Shown here: one piece after another, positions 28,571 to 44,322 of the stretch
Numbering within the stretch: position 1 is the first letter of the stretch
Layout of the letters: each line of letters begins with the position of its first letter
Assembly (NCBI RefSeq): GCF_009914755.1
Contig: NC_060929.1
DNA from: the human T2T-CHM13v2.0 reference genome, Homo sapiens
Length of the DNA: 64,000 nt
Strand: one strand, 5' to 3'
Translations under genes and position numbers: made by a program
The notes under the pieces: model-generated
Told to the model about the DNA's origin: nothing
The model's input: only the letters and a program-made list of their open reading frames with translations
The model's database searches: none

Positions 28571-30644
28571 GGGCAGCACTTCTTTCCCAGGTACCTGGAA
28601 TATCTGCATTTATTTTTTTAAATCCTATAAAATGTGCTTTCAAGAAAACATAAGTTGAAAAGCAAAATATACTGTCTACTTAATAGACAATGAGCTTAAG
28701 ATCTGAAAGGATGCACCACTTGTTTACTGTCTGATAATATGCACAACCAGTTGAATGACAGAGCTAGGGAGGACCATGAACTCCTAAATTGCTCTAACTA
28801 AACTGGTTTTTGGAAGAAACCAAAGGCTATTCACAGATTATCTCTTAAAAATTTCTGCCCAGAAAAATAGTGACAATCATACTGCATGTCTAAATAGCAT
28901 GCTCTTTCAAAGATTACATGATTCTTGCAACAACTTTCAATCTGGAGGGTAGACATTATAATGCCTATTTTACACATAGAAGAGATTAGATTACAAATTC
29001 AGTTAGTTTTAGAAAATCTAGGCTTTCTCACTTTAAATAAGTGTTCTCTTTACAATATCTGGGAGAGAAAAAAAAATACAATATTTTCTCTCCCAGGAAA
29101 AACTTTCACATATTTTGAAACTCATTCACCTATACTGTCATGTCCTGGAGCAAATAACTTACAGAATATTCTCTTTATGTTTTATACTTTAGCTAGGTGA
29201 AGTCTCTGTTTTTTTCAGATATCATGATGTGCAACTCAAATAGCTCTGCCTGGCGAGTTATAGGGAAACATCCTAAATGAGATTTATGAGGAGGCTTCTC
29301 TAGCTTTGGTGCCCTTCCTGGATAAAGTAGAACTTTTCCCACTAACTCTGCAAGATCTATACTTGAGACACTTGGGAACTCTTTTTATGAGAAATCAAAA
29401 TGACTGCCTTCATCACGATGAATAATTTTTGACTTTAGAAAGAATATGTAATTAAGTGACTTGCAGTACAATCACTCTAAATTAATCAAGAGAGGACAGA
29501 CATTAATTCAGAAGGGGAAAAATCTATCAAGAGCAAACCAAGTTCAATAGTGTAGAATAATTAATATCCATTTCACAAGACCAAATGCCATTAGCTCTAG
29601 TCAGCCAACAGCCTGGCACAATCACTTTCTCTTCCCTCTGCCACTGGTCCATGGAAAAACACAGCTTACTGAATGTGTTTTCAAACAACTTAATTTGCTT
29701 CTCATTAAGGGGCTGTGTGGTTGGCCATAATGGATAGATGTTTAAATGAGAAATAAGAGTTTATTAAAAACGAAAAAGTTTTTATTAAAAATATTTAATT
29801 TTGTGATGGGAAGAACTTATTAATGTTTTGTTTTGTTTTGTTTTATTTTTCTTAAATCTCCGTGCTCCAGTTGATTTACTCAAAATCAAACTGAGAGCCG
29901 CCTACAACATCCCAGTAGTGAAAAAGCCCATCCAATTCAACTTCGTGGTACAACCATACTTTAATTAAAAAGAAAACCTGGAATGGAATGCAAACTATAC
30001 CATATTTCAACCTTAACTCATGGGGAAGTCATGTTATCTCTCTGAGTCTCAGTTCTTGTATCAGGTGAAAATCATGTGAATATTTATCACACTGAGTCTC
30101 AGTTCAGGTGAATATTCACCTCTCTGAATTTCTTTTACCAGGTGAAAATCAGGTGAATATTTACCACATTGGGAAGTTGTGGGGTCAAAATGAAATCATA
30201 ACTGCTTTGTAAAGTCTAAAGTAATACTAATTAAGCTTTTAAGTCCGAGGACCATTGATTCAAATCCTAGTTCCTTTAACTCATTAGCTGTGTGGTCTTG
30301 AGTAAATTACACACTTCTCTGGATTTAAGATGTCACCCATAAAAGGATAACAATGATTCCTGATAAGACTGTTATGTGAAATATCAGGAAAGAACCAAAT
30401 TCAACACCCTGTTGGCACTTGATAAAAGGTGGCATTATTATTGTTATGTTTACTAACTTGCCCCAAGATCAACATTATGAGAATTAGTATCAGTGAGGTG
30501 ATCATAATGGAAAGTATAATACATAATACAAGAAATCTTTGGCAAGAACACAGGAATAAAGCAATAAACCATGGTAGGGCTGAGAGAGAGAGGAGCTTTT
30601 TCTGCTAAACATATAATTACTTTCAACTCATACATTTATATATA

Positions 30645-32575
<1,931 letters not shown>

Positions 32576-33079
32576 TTACAGTGTGCCATTAAAAGAATGT
32601 TATTCATAATCATTGCTTTCAGGGGCTTAATATATAGTTAGATAAATAGATATAAATATATTTATATATGCAAATACATAAAACATTTACATGCAAATTA
32701 TATGCATATATAATTTATGTAAGTATACACACTATATTACATTTTAATTTAAAAATTTTGCAGAAAGAGTAACATATCACAAGACAGTGTATAGTAAAAT
32801 TGAAATGATTGTGACAGACAATAAGTATTCAAGCATAGGAATAATACCTGTTTTTCACTGTATTAAGTAAACACAATGTGTTATCAACAATATTTATTAC
32901 AGAAATAAATCTGTCAATACAAGTTTCATTCTGAAAACTTGTTTCTGAGGACTGAAGTTTAGCTTTCTGATTTTGTTGTTCCCCATTTTTCTCTACTCAC
33001 CTAAATAAAAAGATAAGGGAGAGTTCTCCCCGAAAGCCTATCAGTAAATATCAGCGAATCTGTTATCACTCTTATACTT

Positions 33080-33515
33080 AACGTCTTTCAAATTTACTCC
33101 TTTGGCATCTTAAGTGGCATGAGTGGCTTCTTTTCCTGCTACTCTCAGGTACACATACATAGCCTATGTGCAGTGCTGTATTGCATGACTTATCCTATAA
33201 TCACTTGTACAAGTTGTTCTCTCTGCCTAAGATAACCCTTCCTCCCCTACCTAGTAAGCCCCTACTCATCCATCAACTCTTCACGCAAATGTTTCTTCAT
33301 CTTTGAAGTTTTTTCATTCCTACTCATTTGAAAAAAAGTGAATTGTTATATTTTGTTCTGCCTCTCCATCATTAATTAACATATTACAATGATCTGATTG
33401 CTCATCTATCTTCTCCACTAGACTTATGAGATTTACAAAGACTGGGACTATGTCATGTCTCTCCATGGCTCCAGGTATAGTGGCTGGCAAGTTGTAAGCA
33501 CTTTACAAATAAATC
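33080..33515 (+). mobile_element. L2 fragment
   Basis: cccctactcatcc...ccactagact...gggactatgtc. Confidence 0.55.
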
Positions 33516-34289
33516 TCTAGCCAATTCTTTCAAATAACTATTATATTAAACTTGTTATTATGTTGCATTAGACAAGAAAGAAAACGTGTTTTGAATAAAG
33601 ACAGCTAATACTACTGAACAATTCTTACATGACAGGTGTTATACTGTTATTTACCCCAGTTTATGAATGAAAAGAAAAAAAAAATAAGCTGCCAGAGACA
33701 GCGAGATTAGATCAACCATTAGATCAAGTAAGAACTGATATAAGGTGACCTATCCAACTGTCATGAGATGAAAGGGCATCAAGGTGGTGATTCAGAGTAA
33801 AGGAAGCTTTGGGTTGCAGAGAAGAAAATAAAGGTGACAGAGCCACCCACACTAGTACTCTTAACAACACATGTGGTTATTTTATTAATGAAAATGTAAA
33901 CGTGTTTGATCTATTTGGCAAAGTTGTGGAAACTGGATTCATGAAAATTAAGATGGTGTTCTGCTGGTTTTATAGAAAGAGGCTAAAATTTAAAAAAAAA
34001 GAAAGGGGCTAAAATAGAAATTTCAACTGCTACACATACAAGGGAGATAATTATTTTGGTTAAATGTAAATTAATTAATAGAAAAATTCCAATTTTTGCT
34101 AAACATGGGAAAATCTATGACTAACAGCCAAGTGACAGAGGCACTTAATCTCCATTTCTTTTTTATTTTTTTAAAGATGTTATTGGCTTTATTTTTGATT
34201 CTAGAATCAGGCAACACCTCATTCTATAAAATAGGAGTGTTCTCACCATTCCTTAATTGATGACATTTAAACCACAGATGCTTTTCTTT

Positions 34290-34355
34290 TACACTTTATT
34301 TTTATTTTTACTTTTTTCAGGATCCAGTTGATTGGACTGAATACACTTTATTTTT
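34290..34355 (-). mobile_element. Micro-retroinsertion (24-nt body plus A tail) with 14-bp TSD
   Basis: tacactttattttt at 34290-34303 and 34342-34355. TTTT/AA site. T-rich tail at 34304-34317. Confidence 0.7.
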
Positions 34356-35099
34356 AAAAGAAACATACATTTAAAAATAAAAGACAAATCAATGATGACT
34401 CCCATATATACATGTCATGGGAAGTGATGTGTGAAAATGAGTGAAAACTCCAAAAATAAATAAATAAAATAAAAATTAAAAGGAGAGCACTGTCATTAAA
34501 AATACATATAATAAAATAAAGGAATCCTATAGCCTAGACTAGAATATTCTTTTTGAATATATAGAAAAAAGGACAGAAAGCTCTCCAGGAACATGAAAGA
34601 CATTACAGGGATCCATCCCTAACCTGCTTTCTTTCCTTGCATCTCCTTATCTTTTCATGTGAGGATAGTGTTACCTCACTGGGAGAAGTTCTGTTTGAGG
34701 ATCTTAGGCAGAGAAAGCATAAGGAAGGTCCTTGATGACTGAAATGCAGCAGCTTAAGGCATTTGCCTGCGGCTGTTGAACAACTTTGAAAAGCATCTTT
34801 GTCCGTTTTAGAATTGAGCTTTCTTTTCTTGGAATGACAACATTGCAGAGGAAGCCAGTGGCAAGATCAGCAAATTCTGAAGATGTCAATGTCCTCCGTA
34901 TGTACCCAATGTGTGAATGTCCATATTCATGTACATACACCCACACTCAGAACACACAATTTGCTTGTTTCAGAAATCATACTTAGGCCATTATCATTAC
35001 ATGGAATTAATTGAACTGATTTCTTGAGAATAATCATCCTCGATATTGAAAACACAGGCTACATGCTCACTGAACTTTTGTCTTCATGGAAACACTTTC

Positions 35100-37298
<2,199 letters not shown>

Positions 37299-37589
37299 AC
37301 ATTTTATATATAAAAAAGCATACATAGTCAGGCATGATTATTATTATTATATGTGTTACTTCATTATTATCCTACTAGATTGAATTTTGTTTGCTAAATC
37401 AATTAATAGGATTGTTATAATTGTTTCACAAACATTTGACTAGGAGATGAAAGTAATCCTAACTGAGCGTTACTCTAGTCACTGTGGTAGATACTTTAAA
37501 ATCACTTTGAATTATGTTATTCCAATTTTAAAGATGAGACAGCTTAAGACATAGAGAAGCTATGTAACTTGCTACTTGAGTGCATATTA

Positions 37590-38112
37590 CTATTTTACAA
37601 CCAATCCTTTTCTTAAAGTGCTAGCTTTCCTGAGCTTTTCCTTTAGAGATATGTCCATCCCCCATTCTCAGTACAGTTGTCTGCATAGAGTTTTACACCT
37701 AGACCTACACCTAGACTTTTCCCCAGGATACCAGGTATAGTTCAAAGGTAGCGTGTGGTTTAAGCCAGTCTGATCACAGTGAATCTTAGAATTTTTATTT
37801 AGATTGGGGAAAATAAATTCCCTCTTTATTCTGAATGTTAACCAGAAATGGGAAATTCCCTGGAATTACTAGTGACCAACCATCTTTCAATGACATGAGG
37901 AGAAACCATCTGCTTATGAGAAGAAGACAAACAAGAGATGGAATGGATTACATATATCATCATTTGAATTTTTATGCCCTTTGGAACATTAAACTGTATT
38001 TAAACCATTATGCTCTTCTCTTGGTAAAGACAATGGATCCCCTCTCCATTCATTTAAAGTGCATTTGAGTTGGTTTAGCCTCACCTTCAATATCATGCAT
38101 CCTAAAATATAC
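37590..38112 (+). mobile_element. Old MLT1 LTR
   Basis: tggtttaagccagtc...accatcttt...tttgagttggttt. Confidence 0.5.
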
Positions 38113-38599
38113 GTAAGTCCAGCTAGGTAACAGCTGAACCAATTTTCAAAATCCAGAGCACAATTTTTTTTCTCATTTAATGATGCTGTATTACCTTTCA
38201 TTTGATAAAATATAGTTTTGTATTACATTAAGCTATTTGTCTACACTGAGACATTTATAAGGCAACAACTGTACATTGGGAATTACGCTAGGAGGGAAAT
38301 ATAAAAGATATAGTATCAGAAGATTACAGTGTTACTGAGATGTAAATAATATCCATTAAGCTGTGTGACAACTGCACAAAGCAGGATAACCAAGTGCTAA
38401 ATATTAATCTATTATTGATCAAATTCCGATAACATTAAAAACCCTAGTAATAATTGGCTCAAAATATTTTTATGGAGAATTATTTTAAATAAACCATTTT
38501 AATTGTCCTAGAGAGAATATAAGATGATGGAAAACATTTACATGTATTTTATGAACTTAGCCTAATATAAAAAATATAACTTGACAGATAAGACGTGAC

Positions 38600-38968
38600 G
38601 TCCAAGGTAGGTTAGAAAACACAATGCACCTTCTAACTGGTCTTTCTCCGGATCCTTTGGAACTGTGAACCATCATGTAGGAAATCCAGGTACTTTGAGT
38701 AACCACAAAAAGAAAACAGTGGAGAGAGCCTGAAACTCCATGAGGAGTGGGAGATGACCGGCTTGCCTCTATCTGCTACAACCCCTCACTCTTCCAGTTC
38801 TAGCCACTGTGTAATGAGGAACACATGAGGGGAACCTAGTTAGAACCAACCAGACAGCTGTTTCAGAACTACTCACCCACAGAAACCATGAGATATAATA
38901 AATGATTGTTGATATTTTAAGACACTGAGATTTGGGTCAATTGGTTTTGCAACAAAAATAAATGCATA
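38600..38968 (+). mobile_element. MLT1 LTR 3' part within L1ME relics
   Basis: cccacagaaaccatgagatataataaatgattgttg...ttttaagacactgagatttggg. Confidence 0.65.
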
Positions 38969-39498
38969 AATAATAATAAGCAAAAAATATAAAATTGAAA
39001 GTTTTAAAATTAATTTAATAAAGTTTTCCTAAGCACACATGTACACACATAAATACACACAGCCATATACACTTGCAAACACATATAAGACAACAGACCA
39101 TTCTTAGTTTGAATACGGATACTAAATTCACAGAGAACTTACTTTTAAAACTCAGTAGAATATCAAAAAGAAAAATTGAATTATTCATTTTTAATACATT
39201 TCAAGGGTATATGTGAATCATTACAAACATGTAAGGATAATGCAACATTATGAGATTATTAATGTCATACCCATGTGAGGAAACATGTCACTATCTTGAT
39301 AGATGCTAATAAGGCATTTGATAAAATAACACACATTATAGATTAAAGCAATTCTAGATAAACAAGAATAAAAGAGTTATTTTACCAAGTGATAAAGAGC
39401 TATGTGAAACCTAAAGTCTTTTTATCAAGCAGCTCTGCTCCATGCAATAATTTCAGAATCCATACACTTTCAAGTTTGTATCTTCAGTATTCTATAGG

Positions 39499-39643
39499 TG
39501 CCAGGCATGGTGGCTTATGCCTGTAATCCCAGCTACTTGGGAGGCTGATGTGGGAGTAGGGCTTGAGCCTAGGAGTTTGAGGCTGTGATGTGCTATGATA
39601 GCACCACTGCATTTCAGCCTGGATGAGAGAGCAATCCTATTTC
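39499..39643 (+). mobile_element. Free Alu monomer (FAM/FRAM-like)
   Basis: Single Alu monomer containing gaggctgtgatgtgctatgat. Confidence 0.8.
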
Positions 39644-39785
39644 TAATATATATATTCACTAAAACAGAGCCTTTTCATAACATTGTACCTACAATCTATT
39701 CCACCACTACTACCACCGATAACAACAGCATCAATAACAACAAATGAGCAAGTTCCTACAAAGCTATTCTTGTGTTCATTTGCTA

Positions 39786-39981
39786 CAGTAGCTCTAAAAC
39801 TTGAGTGTACACTAAAATCACCTAGAGGACGTGTCACAAAAAAAACAAGATTGATGGGCTTCACCCCAGAGTTTTTTTATTTAGTAGGTCTCCGATAGGT
39901 CACAAGGAATTTCATTTCTAACAAGTTCCAAGGGAATGCTGTTGTGTTGCTCTGGGAACACACACTTTGAGAGAAACATTG
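39786..39981 (+). mobile_element. MER5A
   Basis: cagtagctctaaaacttgagtgtacactaaaatcacctagag...cacactttgaga. Confidence 0.75.
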
Positions 39982-40438
39982 AAACTGTTTTAATATTTCA
40001 CCTCAGTGAAATTTAAAATATAAGCCCTATTCTGGTTCAAATAGTTGTTCTGAATAGTCTTGAGTATTCAAAATGGTATGGTATGATTGTTACATATGAT
40101 AAGAGAGAGGAATAACTACATTATAATGGATACTATATAACCAGAATAGACATGGGTACTGTATAATTAATTTCTGACACTAAAATTGGTGCTTGGTTTG
40201 ACATTTTGCTGGGACAGACAGCTCAGTTAAACTCAGCAACATTCAGGGCAGCTGCTCTTTATCCCACCTCCTATTTGTACTTCTCACTGTATCTGTTCTT
40301 CTCCCTCTTCCAGATAGTTGTGTACTGCTTCCTTCTGCTTCCTTTGTCTGCAATATACTTCTTCAATCCACCACATGGCTAACTCCTACTTTTATTTTTA
40401 TTCCATGGGTTGCCAGACACAAGGTTCCTATATCCATC

Positions 40439-40704
<266 letters not shown>

Positions 40705-41292
40705 TATGATTCATTTTTAAAGTCACCTTTTCCAGGAGGTCTGTCTTGAAACACTTTTTTACTGCTTAAAATATGTTGAGAGCTTTCCTTTTTTCCAATC
40801 AGAACATGTTGTGCTCATCTCTATCATACTTACAAGAGCATATTGTTTATGTATCTTCCTGTTTATGTATCTTGGCTGAAACTGTGAGCTCCTGAAGAGT
40901 GGGAATCTGACCTTGCTGGTGTTTCTATTTCCAGCCACCAGAATAAGCCCTTGAAGATATTTTCAATTAACAAATTGAAAATTAACAATATTTTCAATTA
41001 ACATATATATGTATATAATTTGTTGTTAGCATTGTCAAAAGAAGCCTGGAGATTGTGTTTTATTTCATTTATAACTTTAGTCAAGTAGCTTTGGAATAGA
41101 AATCTATTTATTTGCTCATTCATATTTAACGGACTCCTGTCTATATGCCAAACACAACGGATATATTAGTGAAGAAGCCCATGAGATTTCTATGCTCACA
41201 GGTTCCAACATTTGGTGAAGATGCAGATTAATAAAAAGATGATTACAGATTAGCATGATAAAGGCTTTGACGGGGTAATAAAGACTGACAGA

Positions 41293-41623
<331 letters not shown>

Positions 41624-42687
41624 TCAATTAACACAGACTTGGAGGGTTAGGAAAGGATTCATGAACAAAGTAATTTCTAAAGTAGACGTTATTTTAAAAA
41701 TCTGTTTTCCTTGGGTGTTTTCTGTATTAGTCTTGTATGTTCACATCTGGCATAGCAATTATCTATGGATTCATTGTTTGGGCTTCCAGAAAGTTGTATT
41801 TGAATATAAAATGAGAATCAGAAAGAAAAAATTTATAAGCTAATTATGAGATATCACAGTTTTTACTGTTTTTATATAAATAATTTTTGTTCCCTGTATT
41901 TGGAATTTTGAAATATTTTCTCCCTCTTTTCCTACTGTACATTTGTATTCACTCATTTTGCATGCAAATATGCAGATTCTAATCATTGATTGCTTTCATT
42001 ATAGTGTAGTTATTCCTCTCTCCTATAATGTTTAACTGTCATACTGTGCTGTTTTGAATTTTGAAGGATAAGACTACTCAGAGCAACTATATTTGCATCA
42101 TAATATAATTATAATGGGTCTGCATTCCTAATAAGTGGATTCATCACCTTTTTGGTATCACCTTTACCTTTGGATTGTCACTTTAAAGCTTAGGCATCTC
42201 AGTGAGGTTTCCTGTGCCCAGGTGCTGACATTTAAGAAATTTATCAGATGCCTCAAATGAGACAGTGGTCAGAGGCATAGAAAAGGGTGATGATCACCGA
42301 CTCAAGCAATAAAATGGAAAGGTTCAATTCACATTGTGTGCACAATTCTGGAATACCAAAATTGGTATTTAAAGTTTCTCCCATCACCACCAATTTTCTT
42401 CTCAACGGACTATTTTTCCTCAGTTAATATTATATCCTATATATCTAACAGGAAACTATTGACAACATATTAAAGAGGAGATGAAGTTAAAGAGAAGATT
42501 TTATTTCCTCATGCAAGAGGAAGTACACATATATTACTAATGAGCAATTTATAAAGCGTATAAAAGTTATGTCTTTCTCCTGATGTCACCAGATCATTTT
42601 TATTTTATTTGTCTGAGTCCAATTTAAGTGGCAATAAGTAATGCTTTATATTGTCTTCCATCCGTGGCTACAAATCAGAGTTACATG

Positions 42688-43175
42688 GCATGGTAGGCAG
42701 AAGAATGGTCCTCAAAGATGTCTACATTCTACTCTCCAAAATCCGTGAAAATGTTATTTTCTGTTAAAGAGAAATTAAGTTTGCAGATGAAATTAAGGTT
42801 AATCATCAGGTGATTAAACAGGGAGATTACTCTGGACTATCTGCGTGGGCACAATATAATCATAAGAGCCCTTAAAAGTGGAAGAGTAATTATGAAAAGA
42901 GAACCAGAGGGACAGCAGCTTGTGGTAAACTTGACCTAATTTTGCTGGCTTTGAAGTTTGGGTAAGTGGGCCTTGAACCAAGGAAGGCAAGCATCCTCTA
43001 AAAACTAGAAATGACGGGAAGATGAACTTACTTCTAGATGCACCCTTCTGACACCTTTATCTTAGCTCATTGAGATCCCCATTAGACTTATGATCTACAG
43101 AACTGTACAGTAATAAATTTGTGTTCTTAAAAACCACAAAACTTGTGGTAAATTTCTCACAACGGCAGTAGAAAT
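42688..43175 (+). mobile_element. MLT1D-like LTR
   Basis: tggtaggcagaagaatggtcctcaaagatgtc...agaactgtacagtaataaatttgtg. Confidence 0.8.
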
Positions 43176-43184
43176 TCAGTAAAC

Positions 43185-43580
43185 TTGGGGTTCTTTTAAT
43201 CGCTCTAATGCCCAGGTCACACTCCAGAACAATTATAGAAATTCTGGGGTCAGGAGAAGATACAGGTATCAATAATTTTTTCAGGTTCCCTGGGAAATTC
43301 CAATGGGCAGCCATGTTTAAGAACTGTTAACTATAAGCATATTTACAGGTCTTTGTAAGGAATTAAACTGCCTCAAAACCCTTCATTGGTCGTAAGGCTG
43401 GGGCCATACGTCCTGCCACTCCACATGTGGTTTCAGAGTATCAATATCGTCTCAGATAATGCATTTTCTAAGGTGTATTAACTTTAAAAATGCATTATCT
43501 GGGCCCCAACTTGACCCAACAAATAAGAATCTGAATGATTTGTATGCACATTAAATTTTAAGACACAAATAGTGAGCACT
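43185..43580 (+). mobile_element. MER5A/MER5B fragments
   Basis: gatacaggtatcaataatttt...gtttaagaactg, and tgtatgcacattaaattttaagacac. Confidence 0.55.
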
Positions 43581-43697
43581 GATGGTTGCCCTCCTAATCC
43601 AAGATGTCTCTAAGACTTGTAATGAATTTTAAATTATTATAAAGATAAAATTTTTTAAGCATGTCCTCTAGGCTATGGGTTCCCGAATGAAAGAAAC

Positions 43698-44155
43698 TCC
43701 TTCCCACCTACCTTCCTTCCCTCTTTCTTTCTTTCCTTTCTTTCCTTTTTTCTCTCTTTTTCTTTCTCTCTTTCTCTTTCTTTCTCTTTCTTTCTATTCT
43801 TCCACTCCCTCGCTTCCTTCCTTCCCTCCCTCTCTTCCTTTTTTTCCTTCCTTTCTTTTGTTTTTCTTTCTTTCTGTCTTCCTTTCTTTCTTTTTCTTTC
43901 TTTCTAGTCTTTCCCCTTCCTTCCTTCTTTCCTTCCTCCCTTCCTCTCTTTCTCTCTTCCTCCCACACTTTCTTTCTTTTTTCTCTTTCGATTTATGTGT
44001 TATTCTGTGCTTTCACTTTTTATTTCCTTTTTCTTCCCTTCTTTTCCTCCTCCTCCTCTTTTTTCCTCCTCCTCCTTCTTTTCCTGTCTCTTTCTCTCTT
44101 TTTCTTCCCTCCACTCCCTATCTTGCTCTCTCTCTTTCTTCCTTTACTTATCTCC
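43698..44155 (+). repeat. Polypyrimidine (CTTT/CCTT)n low-complexity tract
   Basis: About 450 bp that is almost entirely C/T. Confidence 0.92.
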
Positions 44156-44322
44156 AGGGCAAGAGACACATTCCTGACTTGCTGACTCACTACCTAAGTT
44201 AATAATATATGTAACTGCAACAAAGACAAAAATAACCAAATGCATGCTACTACCAAATAGAAATATAACTTGAAATGTCAGAAAAATGTACATTTTAATT
44301 TATACTCCGTGCTCTATTTTTT

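Noticed and set aside
34318-34341. Micro-insertion body as a 28S rRNA fragment (aatcaact..ccctgaaaa resemblance)
   Set aside because: The match is short and has mismatches and an indel, so it cannot be supported without a search.
43675-44202. 175-aa F/L/S-rich ORF and K/R/E-rich antisense ORF
   Set aside because: Artefacts of the polypyrimidine tract.
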